Assembly (NCBI GenBank): GCA_011109175.1
Contig: RDEW01000048.1
Span: 85,445-149,444 of the forward strand
DNA from: Dicyema japonicum
Taxonomy: Eukaryota > Animalia > Dicyemida
Reading direction: 5' to 3'
DNA: 64,000 nt
The notes beneath the pieces were generated by a model that saw nothing but the letters and a program-made list of their open reading frames with translations, had not been told where the DNA came from and did no database searches. The position numbers and the translations under genes are program-made. Below are positions 1 to 11,550 of the stretch, one piece after another; position 1 is the stretch's first letter, and each line of letters opens with the position of its first letter.

Positions 1-474
1 AAATAAACCATTAAACTTACAGCCATAGCAGCTTTAATTGACATTTGCTTCATATCGTATGATCGTTTATCGTTTTTTTCTTTTTCCTCGTTTAGCTTTT
101 GTGAGTAATATTCTAGCTGTTCTTTTTTCCTGGTCAAAAATAACTGTTTATCGTCTAAAATTAGCTTGAATGTGACCCTGCTCCTGAGATTGTAAAAAAG
201 GCCAAGATTCTTTAATAGTTTTTCTAAGACTGAACACAATTTGTCCTCCTTTAATGACGACTTTACTTTCTTTGTCGTTAATTTCTTCATAGAGGAGGCA
301 TTCATACAAGTATGGAGGATAATTTGCCTATTTGGATAACAATATTTATACTTTTATGTATTTTTTAGTATATAAAATATCGACAGATGACGGAGATACT
401 CCTTTTAGAGGTAATTTAATACTTAAATCACACTCCGATTGTCCCCAGTCGATATCTTTCAATATTATTGGCAT
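1..474 (-). CDS. DNAAF4: Dynein axonemal assembly factor 4 (DYX1C1), 5' part; gene runs off the window start
   Basis: Spliced minus-strand translation MPIILKDIDWGQSECDLSIKLPLKGVSPSSVDILYTKKYIK|ANYPPYLYECLLYEEINDKESKVVIKGGQIVFSLRKTIKESWPFLQ matches the CS domain of DYX1C1 (human MPLQVSDYSWQQ...LPLKGV...NFPPFLFEAFLY). A charged coiled coil follows. Two GT-AG introns of 24 and 22 nt; a third starts at 20. Confidence 0.85.
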
Positions 475-627
475 TTGTTACTAAGGTAACAATAATTGTA
501 AAAAAATAAACTGATCATTTTATTATAATTATGAGAAATCGAGTCATTTTTTATTTAATTAGCTCTGAAAGATTTTATTGGTTCGATCAGAATCACGTGT
601 TTTGAAAATAAGGCATTAATTGCCTCA

Positions 628-990
628 AATTTCATTTATGAACCCCAAGCTTACAATCTTTGGTATGCCCAGCACAAACAGTCACAACTAATCAAAAAGG
701 AAGGAACCCAAGGAAGAATTTCTGCTTGTGACGACCAAATCCATCCTCTGGTAGTCCATTATAGGCTTTCGTTTAAGAAGAAAGGTGGAGAACTAGCTTA
801 GCCCTCTTCTATTTTTATCACACGTCCTACCGTCGCAGATAACTTCATTCCTTAGCGAGAGAATTTTCATAATGTTGATTTTGGTCAAGAAGGTAGGAAG
901 GTCCTTTCGACTACTGTGTCATTCCAGAAAAACTCATCGCCTCACGGGCAAGATCTGTTTGACGAGAATTTACCTACGCTGAAATACTAT
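628..990 (-). mobile_element. 5'-truncated LINE 3' end (repeat family B)
   Basis: Homologous to 5105-5345, 20825-21045 and 59660-59990. Copies share a 3' end (..TTAGTTGTGACTGTTTGTGCTGGGCATACC..), have variable 5' ends and show residual coding character. Confidence 0.5.
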
Positions 991-1019
991 CTTTGAACCA
1001 ACGACTGTCAGATCAGACG

Positions 1020-1262
1020 TTACGTTTCGGGCAAAAGGCTTAATGGTCCCTATTCGAATCCCGATACTGTACAGTTGGGTCAAAGGTTCCACGCAACTCG
1101 ATGCTTTGGCTCGACGAGTAACTGAGTCATCATTGAATATTTCACTGCATTCCTTGGTTCTCCTCTATGATTAGTTATATTAACTGTTCTTTACTTAAAT
1201 AAAGTGTGTCCAGCCTGAGCGGAGCTATAGCTAATATGGCTCTGCGAATAAGTGCAGCTTTT
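1020..1262 (+). mobile_element. tRNA-derived SINE family A, internally deleted copy
   Basis: B-box-like ATTCGAATCCC, shared body GGTTCCACGCA...GACGAGT and shared 3' hairpin GCCTGAGCGGAGC..GCTCTGCGAATAAG. Confidence 0.6.
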
Positions 1263-1344
1263 AACCTTCATCAAGGTAAAGTGTCACATTAACATTGTTT
1301 ATTAAAAAATACTAATTAATTATAGCACTACTATATAGTGATTA

Positions 1345-1650
1345 TATCAAAAATACTTAGTATCCAAGATTTCTGAAGCTTTTTTGATATATAATTTTTT
1401 TATATTACATCGATCTGATGAAAATTCTATGCTGTTCAGATCTGCATAAGATTTTTCATTTAATAATCGAGTAGTTAGGTATTTGAAATCATTTCAATTA
1501 AAACCAAATAGTTGAACTGATTTCTGTTAAACTTAAAAACAACGTGAGAATATTAACTGATTCTTTGACCTAAAATAATTAAAAATTGAAACATTTTTTA
1601 TTAAAATTCAGAGACAATTTTAATAATTTCTGGAAGATTCTGGGAATAAT
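1345..1650. repeat. Dispersed AT-rich repeat, probably a non-autonomous DNA element; inverted homolog at about 14720-15230
   Basis: GATCTGATGAAAATTCTATGCTGTTCAGATC...GAGTAGTTAGGTATTTGAAATCATTT is the reverse complement of about 14850-14945, and flanking blocks also match. Confidence 0.6.
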
Positions 1651-2049
1651 ATTTGCTGCTTTTAGCCATCTTCTTCATCTTGTGACAACAATTTAGGGTG
1701 GATTTCCATTTTGTGAGAACACATCTGTGAAGTAGGATTTTATTCTTAGTGTAATAGATGTGAAACAAAAAGTGACGTGGAAAAAATTTGGATATATAAA
1801 TTTCATTGAGGTCCGAGTTAAAATTAGATTTATTCTTACCACTTGTCATATATCTTGCGGCATATGTGACGAATAAAACGAACTTTTCACGTTCAATTGA
1901 AATTTTTTTTATTATTTCATCAATTTCAACACAAATTATTGAAGTGGTAGGCGGAGAATGTAGGTTGTTACACAATATGAGAAACAATTATAGCACGTGT
2001 CTTTTTTAACTTTTTGTTCTTAATTAATTTTAAATTATTTTAATTATTT

Positions 2050-2222
2050 TTAAGTTGAGGAAGCCTGCTGCGTGGATTGCGAACGAGTTCCCTCGGAGTA
2101 TGGCTATTCCAATCTTTTGTCTTAGCCATAACCCTTCTCGTTGATCCCTTTTCTTTCTGGCAAGCAATCCTCCGAGTTCTCGCAAGAACTCAGCCGTCAT
2201 TGGACCAACGGCTCCCGATGAT
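2050..2222 (-). mobile_element. CRE-clade retrotransposon 3' end fragment, inverted, abutting the 5' end of the large CRE copy
   Basis: Reverse complement of about 4790-4947 (WLRQxIGxAILRGNSFAIHA). Confidence 0.85.
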
Positions 2223-2227
2223 TCGGT

Positions 2228-4960
2228 CGCAACCTGTTTGCACGTTTATTAAGTTGTGTGGTGTGATCAACAAAATCTCATGGAAAATAAAGAACGAAAA
2301 GAAGACAAAGTACGAGGAACAAATCCAGTACGGACAAATCAAGTATGTTTTTTTTGTGGACAATCGAACATCAGGAAATATGGGATTAACTGCAAACAAT
2401 GTGAATCATTCGCCCATCTGGGCTGCATAAAAATGAGTAAAGCTTGCGCCGAGACGCTGTCGAGTTGGCTGTACCCTCTTGTATTGGAATGGAGGCCCCC
2501 AGGCGGGAAAAAATAACTCAGCCAAACTTTACATTGCCACATACAGACCATACTCTCTTGAAGATCTCGAACCTCAGGAAAGCCATGAAGATCCCAGTAA
2601 AAATCCCTAAAGGAGTACGAATTGCCGCAGCAACGTGTCTTTCAGATGCCATTGATCACGCACTATCCTCTGACAGTTGAGAATCCTGGCTAAAACTTAT
2701 ATGCTTTGCACCTGTTGCACTCGGAATACCTACAAAGGAATCTGAGGACAATAATAAAGAAACAAACTCCCGACTCAACTTATCCGGGAAACTGAAACGA
2801 AACATAGTGAATTTTAGCTGTCATAACATACACGCAATACTTGAACATCCACTTAATGTTAATGAGGTCGAAACCAGAGGAGCATTCATCAAAGATGCCC
2901 CCAACAAACTAAAGGAGAGAGTAAACCGAAAACTTCTGGAAGACGAAGTGCGCGCAGCCTTACGGGTTATCACGTCCGATGACACAGTATTGTCTTGTAC
3001 CCCCGAGGTCCTGAATACCTTAATACTGAAGCATCCAAATGCACCGACTGACTATGAAAAGTTTTTGAATCCTGAAGGAACCCAGGAGATTATCATTACC
3101 GAATCCGAAGTGCGCCACGGAATAGCTTCCTTCACCGCTAGCAGTGGTGGAGGCTTGGAAGGGTTACGTCCTGGACATATTAAAGACCTTACGTCCACTT
3201 ACACCTCGGAAGCTGGACGCTGTCTTGTCAAATCAATTACGGACCTAATCAGAAAAATGGTTAACGGCGACATCCCAGAGTATGCCAGAGAATTGCTCTT
3301 CTCCGCAAGGCTACTTGCTTTCAAAAAACCCAATGGAGGAATCCGCCCATTGCGGTCGGGAACTATTTCAGAAGACTTGCAGCAAAGATAGCATCGACCC
3401 TGGTGAGCCGACAACTCGGAGAGGAGTTCTTTCCTAAACAAATGGGTGTTAGTATCCAGAACGGATGTGAGGCAGCGGTTCATGCAGCAAGGCGTTTCTT
3501 CACACAGAGAAATATTTCAAATGAATGCATTGGAATCAAGTTGGACATAACGAATGCCTTCAATTCTCTCAGAAGAGATAAAATTATGAAAACGTGTTGG
3601 AAGAGGGTTCCAAAGCTTTTCCCTCTTGTCAAATTATCCTATGGGGAAGATACGTCTTTGGTTTTTGAAAATGAAATTATTAAATCAAAAACGGGTGTCC
3701 AACAAGGAGATCCGCTCGGACCTCTCTTATTTGCCTTGACCATTGATGATGTTGTGAGATCAATTGACGCTCAGCTAAATCTCTGGTACCTCGATGATGG
3801 CACAATTGGAGGATCGTTCAAGGAAACATACAATTCATTACGTAAAGCGTTACCCGCTTTAAAACATTTGGGCTTAGACATAATGTTAACAAATCAGAGC
3901 TAAAGTCTCTCAAGCAGACTGTTGAGTCACTAATTAACGTCCGCTTCGACGAACTTGGTTGGAAACAATGTAAGCTTCCCTCTGGATTTGGGGGTGTCGG
4001 AATAAGATCGGCGCTGGAGGTTGCGTACCCGGCTTATCTATCATCTCTCTCAAACTGCAGCCATTTGACACGGCAAGTCCTTTATAACACTATTGGACTT
4101 CTCTGGAATGAGTCATTTGACGAAACTTGTCAGAAATGGAACGGGTCCGGACTCAAAATCCCCGAAGACACAACAAAGCAAAGTAATGGGGATAACATTG
4201 TCTGCTCCAAAATTTTAGAAGACCTTAAAAAAGAAGCAAATCAACATCGTCTGGCTTGTTTGGTGTCAGCTTCAAGTAGAAGGAGTGGAGCATGGCTTGG
4301 TACAATACCTTGCCCAAACCTCGGGACCTTTTTGGACGACGATTCTTTGAGGATTGGAATCGGACAAAGGCTGGGACTAGACGTTTTCCTGGAGCACCGA
4401 TGCCGATGCGGGAAAACAGTCGATGCGAAAGGATTGCACCCGCTGTCCTGCAGAAAAAGCGCCGGAAGGGGACCACGTCATGCTGCTCTGAACGATGTGA
4501 TCGTCAGAGCTCTGAAGGCTACAGGCTTCCCAGCACAGCTTGAACCAGTAGGTCTCGATCAAGGAGATGGGAAGAGACCTGACGGGATGACCCTTTTCCC
4601 TTGCACATCCGGAAGATCTTTGGTCTGGGACGCAACTTGTGTTGACACGATCTCAAGCAAGAACATTTTTAAATCGGTTCAGACACCTGGAGCAGTTGCT
4701 TCGACTGCGGAGAACCTAAAAATCAAGAAATATTCTTGCATCGGGGATCGCTACCGAGTACTCCTGTTGCGACTGAATCATAAGGAGACGTTGGTCCAAT
4801 GACGGCTGAGTTCTTGCGCGAACTCGGAGGAATGCTTGCCAGAAAGAAAAAAGATCAACGAGAAGGGTTATGGCTGAGACAAATGATTGGAATGGCCATA
4901 CTCCGAGGGAACTCGTTCGCAATCCACGCAACAGGCTTCCTCAACTAACATTAATAAATA
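2228..4960 (+). mobile_element. CRE-clade (RLE-type) non-LTR retrotransposon: PHD-like finger, RT and restriction-like endonuclease; frameshifted with an internal deletion
   Basis: CFFC..NCKQC..HLGC PHD; RT motifs GIRP(IAVG), GCEAAVHAAR, GVQQGDPLGPLLF, WYLDDG; CRCG..HPLSC..RH zinc knuckle; DGKRPDG..WDATCVD nuclease; A-rich tail. Confidence 0.9.
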
Positions 4961-5104
4961 AATTTATTATAAGGAATAAGGAAAAAGAATAGTTAAACAA
5001 ACATTGTTTCTTTGTTAAATAATTGTCTTTAATAAAAAAAATTTAATCATCATATATTTTATTATTTATGTAATTTTGAATTTAGAGTTAAAATATCTCG
5101 TATT

Positions 5105-5345
5105 ATGATCTCCCTGGCTTTTCTGAAAACTCTCCCGCTAAAGAATGAAGTGATGTCCTCGACCGTAGACGTGCGACGAAAATAAAAGAAGGGAGATTTC
5201 CACCTCTCTTCGGAAGCGGAAAGCCTGTAATGGTTTATTGGAGAATGGATTTGGTCGTCACAAACAAGCGTTCTCCTTTTGGGTCCTTCCTTAGATTAAT
5301 TAGTTGTGACTGTTTGTGCTGGGCATACCAGATAGACATTGGGTA
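5105..5345 (+). mobile_element. LINE 3' end fragment (family B)
   Basis: Reverse complement homolog of about 650-870. Confidence 0.5.
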
Positions 5346-5772
5346 ATAAACTAATATGATCGACCGTTGCAGCTTGTCTCTCAATCGCTGAATTCTGAAC
5401 ACCATGCGAAGAGTTAATCTAATAATGAATTGGCTCGGTTGAGCATTGGCTTTGACAGTGCGAATCTCTACATGGCAAATGCATCACATAGGATTCAAAT
5501 TATAAGAAGTTAATTAAATCAATATTAAAAACATTTTAGTAAGTTGAGACTAAAAATCGAGTATTTGAGACTGAAAATCAATGCAGCTTAGGGTTAGGAT
5601 GTCATACTTATGACAATGGTTTGTGTTCAATTCCCATCGTTGGTTACTTGGTCGAAAGTTCTCTTCTATGCTGTCCCTTTCTTCCTTTGTTCAATTTGCG
5701 TGGCGTTATGTGATCCTCTTTCAGGGACGTCTGTTCAGGACGGCATTAAATGGATTAGTTGCCCTTCTCCAC

Positions 5773-6248
5773 TTCACATGATTATTCTTTTAGGTGTTTC
5801 TACAAATGTGGTTATGACTGGTTTCTGTATATTTGAAACGATCGTTTCTCAGTGACTGTGAACGTAAGAAGTGAACATAATTTGTAGTTGATTGTTTACT
5901 TCCATCTATGTGTATCAGGGAATAGTAAATAAAATATAATATAGCATTTGAAACCATTTAGTTGAAATTTTATAACCTCAAATTAATATTATAAACAATT
6001 AATTTTGCCATTCACATGATTATTCTTTTTAGGTGTTTCTACAAATTTGATTATGGACTGGTTTCTGTATATTTGAAACAATTGTTTCTCAGTGACTGTG
6101 AACGTAAGAAGTGAACATAATTTGTAGTTGATTGTTTACTTCCATCTATGTGTATCAGGGAATAGTAAATAAATATAATATAGCATTTGAAACCATTTAG
6201 TTGAAATTTTATAACCTCATTAATTTTATAAACAATTAATTTTGCCAT
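5773..6248. repeat. Direct tandem duplication, 2 x about 238 bp, just upstream of the aquaporin
   Basis: TTCACATGATTATTC...AATTTTGCCA occurs at 5773-6010 and 6011-6248 with few differences. Confidence 0.95.
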
Positions 6249-6315
6249 TATTTCGTAAATTTTAATGCCACGCCAAATTTTGGGTATATAAACAAAAATT
6301 CGCTTGGTTTAAGAA

Positions 6316-7137
6316 ATGCAGAATTCACTAAATGAATGGAAATCGAAATGGATCCAATTTATGAGCAAAATAAGTCCAGAATATTACTCAGAATACTTGG
6401 GATCAGTTGTATTCTATTTTGGTGCTGAAGGAAACTTTGCAAACTTTGTAAACAACCATCAAAGCATGGGTACCCTTGTATTCTCAATTGTTTGCGCTGT
6501 TCTGTTTGGTCTTTACGTGGCAATGGCGAATGGTGGAGGAAATTTATCAAGCGCTATCACATTACCACTTTGTTTGGCTGGAAGAAAGCCTTGGAGAAAG
6601 TTTCCAGGATATGTTATTGCTCACTTTTTGGGGGCAATAACTGCAAGTTTGGTCACCTATTGGTTGTACTATGATCAATTCAACGTGAAAAAGACTAATA
6701 ACGTATTTATAATGCAAATGATGACGACTTATCCCCCAACTTCAGGGATCAGAAAGTCAACCATGTTTATGGAACAGTTTCTTGCAGCATTTGGTGTAGT
6801 ATTCGGTGTATTAGCTATAACTGATTCCGAAAACCCTGCTGAACATCCGGCAACCCACGTAATTTCCATTTCTTTGATGGTTGGTGCTCTTCTTGGCAGT
6901 CTTGGCGCCTCAGGAGTCTTCATCCTAGTTCCAGATCTTGATCTTGCTGGACGAATAATAAGTCTAATATATGCTAAGGATACTGGATGGTCTGTTTTGG
7001 GATATGAATACTTCTTTATTCCTCAGTTCTCACTCTATTCTGGGGGACTAGCTGCAACCATAATATATAAACTCTTCATTGAATTCCTTCACCCCAACAA
7101 TACGCAGTCGAACAAAGTTGATGCATGTCAGTTATAA
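6316..7137 (+). CDS. MIP-family aquaglyceroporin (AQP3/7/9/10-like), intronless, both NPA motifs degenerate
   Basis: 273-aa ORF with six hydrophobic segments. EYLGS, GGNLSSAITL, PWRKFPGYVIAHFLGA, LYYD, TYP, EQF, LAITD and VPDLDLAGRI align with AQP3 landmarks. Confidence 0.9.
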   Translation: MQNSLNEWKSKWIQFMSKISPEYYSEYLGSVVFYFGAEGNFANFVNNHQSMGTLVFSIVCAVLFGLYVAMANGGGNLSSAITLPLCLAGRKPWRKFPGYVIAHFLGAITASLVTYWLYYDQFNVKKTNNVFIMQMMTTYPPTSGIRKSTMFMEQFLAAFGVVFGVLAITDSENPAEHPATHVISISLMVGALLGSLGASGVFILVPDLDLAGRIISLIYAKDTGWSVLGYEYFFIPQFSLYSGGLAATIIYKLFIEFLHPNNTQSNKVDACQL

Positions 7138-7739
7138 TTACTATTTTCTAACTACTAATTTTTTCTGGTTGATTAAATTTTATAAATTTCTCGCATAGTT
7201 ATAACGAACCTACCGAATAATTTTTTTATTTATTTGAATTAATAAATGATTTTTGGTAAAAATAATTACCACAAAAATGTACTACCATTAGTAAATTAGA
7301 CAAAATTAAAAGTCCTATTAGCCAGCTCTCATGGTTCAGAGCGCATTGATTCTCTGCCTGTCTGTTTCATTATTTAGAGCGCATTCCCTTTTCTTAACTG
7401 CGTGGAAATGTTCATTTCTAAATCAGCATTTATCTTCCTGGCTGTTTCTCTAGTTTTTTGCTATCAAAGATCCGATGCACAAAAGAAGGAAAACGATTAA
7501 TTGGGTGAATATTATTTTTACAATTAACAGTTATTGTCAGTCCGTTAAATAATTAGTACTCAAATGTAATTGTTTAACCTCATTGGAGTGAACAATATCT
7601 AACCATATGGCGCCATGGTACAGCTTTGCCACACCCAAAATTTTGAATAGTTTTGTGGCAACATAAATATTTAATTTACCGGAGGTAAAGTAACTGAATG
7701 AGATATTTTGAGAAAAGGAATGACCACTATCCTCAAATG

Positions 7740-7860
7740 ACTCGGAAATCTTACCCCAGCACGTTCAAGATACTTCTACAAAAGCTGTTTGCTATTCGAG
7801 CTTATTTCCCTAGAAGTCCAGAGAAGGAATAGTCATGCAGTCAAGGCTATGTCTAATTTT
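7740..7860 (+). mobile_element. CRE 3' end relic
   Basis: Encodes LLFELISLEVQRRNSHAV, similar to the CRE C-terminus ERISLAIVRGNSMAI. Confidence 0.5.
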
Positions 7861-8289
7861 TTTGAGTAAAAATGAAACCAATTGGCGAACATAGAATCAC
7901 TCATCTGTTCACTCATCTGTTCATTTGTCTATCTTTCTAATTTATTAATAAGAGATAATATTCCTTCTTTGGATTTACTCTGAATATTTCAAAATGCGAA
8001 CAACTCGGACTCTTGATTTATCAATCTCTTTTCTTGAAAAGATTTTCTCTGGTTTGAGTCAAGGCTGCTTGAAGGCTACCGACCTCTTACTGGTTAATGA
8101 GGCTGTGGTAATTAACTAACACAAAGAGATAAACTAAATTAAATGTTTCATCAACGAAATAGGCAGAGTTAACGGATTATTTATCTTAATGATTGAATTA
8201 CATTTATCTGAAATAATATTTCACTTTTTTTTTCTTTTTTTTCATATGAAAAAACATTTATTTATAACAATAAAATCGTTCTAAAGTCC

Positions 8290-8385
8290 AGCGGATATGA
8301 TCGAGTGGCTGTTACCTCTAAATAATGCCAGGGATATCCTTTGGAAACCGAGTGGCTTTTCCAAAGGATATTTCACTTAAAAATG
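8290..8385 (-). mobile_element. CRE 3' end relic
   Basis: Minus strand encodes FQRISLALFRGNSHSI. Confidence 0.6.
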
Positions 8386-8429
8386 CATCAATAGAATAAT
8401 CACATCCAAAATCTAATAGTCGGTCATAT

Positions 8430-8620
8430 CATTAACATTCTTTCACGAGAGCCATAATATTTATAGCTCCGCATAAGCAGGACACACAATTTATTAGAAT
8501 AAATAACAGTTATATTAACTAATCGTTGAAAGGGATGAGTCCTATTCAGACGATGCGGTTTCGCAGAGAAGCATTGACGTCACTCATCAGACCCTCAACC
8601 ATCATAGACACTCGGTCATA
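8430..8620 (-). mobile_element. SINE family A variant, 3' half; a head-like piece lies at about 8725-8860
   Basis: 3' hairpin and tail match 38370-38430; diverged body CTGATGAGTGACG...CGAAAC..GTC. Confidence 0.55.
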
Positions 8621-8914
8621 TTATTGGTATCTTAAATTAAGCTAAAAAAGGTTTATTTTTACATTGTTTAAATCAAAATTACTAATTGCTTCTTTACCTT
8701 TCTCCTCTTAGAAGAGAAGCAGTGAAATATTCACTGATGAAGCAAAAACATCGTAGATGCATGAACCTTCAGTCTGAATGTACAGCAGCAAAATTCGAAC
8801 CAGGGGCCATCAGGCTTTTTTACTTGGCATTCATGACATTGCGCCATCCGGGTGGTTATTTACAAAATCACGTTAGTAAACTAATTTTTCTTAAATCGAC
8901 AGTGGAGAAACATA

Positions 8915-9005
8915 AAAGGTTCGGATGTTGTTGGAGGCTGGGATCACCTAATTAGTTAGTTTTGACCTATCTTTCTTGGTGGTCTTGGAGTTAAATAAAT
9001 AAACA
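8915..9005 (+). mobile_element. Extreme 3' end of the APE-LINE family found at 47560-49640 and 55425-56350
   Basis: GGTTCGGATGTTGTTGGAGGCTGGGATCACCTAATTAGTTAGTTTTGACC..TAAATAAATAAA matches the reverse complement of 55425-55510. Confidence 0.8.
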
Positions 9006-9869
9006 TAAAACCGTGCAATCATGAACTATTCTAATCGACGAACAACAAGAAAAACGTTTATTAGTGATAGCCTCCTTAAATTATTGAACATAAATATTTA
9101 AAAAAAACCGTGGTAGCTTGGTTGACAAGCCAAGTGAGCAAATATTAGAGGCAACAATAAAAATCCTTAGAAAAATATTTTAATATCATATATTTATTCA
9201 AGTTTGGAGATGATAGATAATTTTATCATGGCCATTTTTTAAATTATAATGAATGATTATTCGACTCAAGTACATAAGATGAGAAAATCAATACCAGAAC
9301 GTGTCAAGAACTCATTTGCTAAAATTACATACGGTTCACGTATCGATTACTCAAAGTGGAACAACAGACAACGAAATGGTTGTACGAAACCATTATTAAA
9401 TAACGAATTATGATTTTGGATTAGACAAGGAATTCTTTAGGACACATGGGATATTTGAGAGATGTATCTTCTAGTATGCAGATGCTTCGTCCAATGGATA
9501 ACGGAAACCGTATCCACGATTACAGCATTGAATTCATAACACTTAGGAGTGATCAAGAAAGTCTGACAAAAAAGATGACGTTCAAACTCCATGTTAATGA
9601 TATTGGAGAAAGTATATTTCTACGAAAATATCAATATTGTCATTCTTGATCAAGGGGACAACTAAATAATTTGTTTTAATTATCTCACACAATTCTAATA
9701 GCAAAAAGTTCAAAATGTATCCTTACATGTTTCTTGAAAACATATAGTTACGTTTAAGAAAGCACTGAGAGCACGTTCGTTGATTATAATAATAGCCCTT
9801 TTCACAAGAGTTATAGTACTTATAGCCTTGGATCCTTCCCTCTGGTGGTATCATTGGATCCATCCAATG

Positions 9870-10045
9870 TCTGGCCGGCATTCATAAGGATTCATCAATT
9901 CATTCCACCGGGAGACAATTTCGTTCTCCGGTGACGAGTTCTGGAATCGACCTCAGCTCCCTGGACCGCGTCCTCTGGATCTTTGTTCTAGAGTGAAATT
10001 TCTGCTGCAACGCGTCAGGATCAGGGAATTAGTTAGTTTGGAATA
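9870..10045 (+). mobile_element. LINE 3' end; homolog at 52740-52980 (-)
   Basis: GGAGACAATTTCGT..GACGAGTTCT..AATCGACCTCAGC..AACGCGTCAGGATCAxGGAATTAGTTAGTT is shared by both copies. Confidence 0.65.
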
Positions 10046-10781
10046 ATTTAATTTTATTATTATTTTATTTATGTGGTGTTATTTGTAGCTTTTCCACACC
10101 CAAAATTCATATGGTTTTGTGGAAACATAATTATTTAATATTGGGTAGAAGATAAGTGTTAAGGTTAAACCTCTTAGGGAATGTAGATTTCCTATCCAAT
10201 CTTGATTCAGAATCATCTATTTCATTAAAAATCATTAATCATTGCTCACTTCTCATCGAAATTCGATTCATGCAATCAAGAGTGATCCTATTTCAAATTT
10301 TCAGTTTTAATGGATATTTAACTCGTTACCTTACGAATGAGAAATCTATTATTTTTTAATAACCTTAGATATACCCGAAAGATATTTGTCCAGTCCCAAG
10401 TCGGAGTGGAATTTATTCTTTCTAAGCACCTCGTCTGTCTATATCTGACAATTGTGGGAACTCCTCTGTTGGAGTATAGAAGATAAGGATCTTTTTTGAT
10501 TGTCGCCAGGAATTAGGCGTCTCTTGATTAGGTTGATCTAATGACACCTATCCACTATTTAACAAAATCCAACCCACATGCCTTGATGACTTATTTATTT
10601 ATTTACAATCGCCAAGACCACGTGTTAACACCAACTAATTAAATGATTCCGACTTCTAGTAACTCCCACACTCTTTTTGGTTGATCCTCCAACGATCCCA
10701 ATATAGTATCTTATCGAATTTCTGTAGAAGAACCCGATCAGGGCTTCTTTCTTCAAAACTGATATGGATTCCTTTTCATGG

Positions 10782-11103
10782 TAATAATAATAACAGCCTT
10801 TTACACGGAGCCGTAGTATTAGATCCGTATAGGCAGGACACACACTTTATTTAAATAAAGAACAGTTAATTTTAACTAATCGTAGAACCAAGATATGATC
10901 TTTACTTCTATTTTCTTATTCATGTGTATGGGTCCTTTTTTGACTATCCAGTTCCGCAGTGAGAGTCCACTGATGACGGAGTCACTCGTCAAGCCTTTTT
11001 AGCATCGTAGATGCGTGGAACCTTCCACCAGGTGAACAGCAGCGAGATTAGAACCCGTAACCTATGTCACTTTGCCCGACACCTAACCACTATGCCATCC
11101 GGC
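10782..11103 (-). mobile_element. tRNA-derived SINE family A, full length
   Basis: Minus strand: GCCGGATGGCATAGTGG (A box) ... GGTTCTAATCTC (B box), conserved body, 3' hairpin, (TTA)n tail. Confidence 0.8.
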
Positions 11104-11187
11104 TATAGTAACTGCAAAAAAATAATTAAATAAATTATTAAATTAAATTTAAAAAGTTGAATTGATTAATTAAAAATAAATCAATCC

Positions 11188-11550
11188 ATGGTTCGTGAGT
11201 TTGTGAATTAGTCTAATTTCGAATTATAAGGTAATGGATCTGCTTAATTGTAGGTTGTAATATTTTCCAAGTCATCATGTCCTTTCTGTGTTAGAGCAAA
11301 GGAAGTAATGAAAATGTACGTTGAAGAAGATGTGATTTCATCAGACCAATATTATGTCTGTGAAATTGGAGATAGACAGGATTGTGCAGCTATTCAAGAT
11401 TATCTACAAAGTCTCACAGGGGCTAGAACCGTTTTTTATATCAATTATTAATAGGTACCACGTGTATTCGCAAATGGTAAATCATTGGGAGGATGGAGCG
11501 ATTTGAATAACCTCCACACCCAAAATAAACTATTTACGATGTTTTCCTAA
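11188..11550 (+). CDS. GLRX: Dithiol glutaredoxin (GLRX1-like, CPFC); two micro-introns; apparent +1 indel at 11208-11209
   Basis: MVREFVN(S)LISNYK|VVIFSKSSCPFCVRAKEVM...IQDYLQSLTGART|VPRVFANGKSLGGWSDL. Introns are 23 and 24 nt. Confidence 0.85.

Noticed and set aside
1601-2009. ORFs 1601-1987 (-) and 1806-2009 (+)
   Set aside because: Low-complexity AT-rich ORFs overlapping a dispersed repeat, with no domain signal.
5610-5855. Small hydrophobic ORF as V-ATPase subunit e or similar
   Set aside because: The resemblance is weak, and no coherent start or exon structure could be built.
9250-9650. Coding-like stretch (MNDYSTQVHK..., MGYLRDVSS...)
   Set aside because: Several frame changes and no recognisable motif; left unassigned.
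10955-11000. CTGATGA on the antisense strand of the SINE as a hammerhead
   Set aside because: No GAAA follows the hairpin; it is only the complement of TCATCAG.
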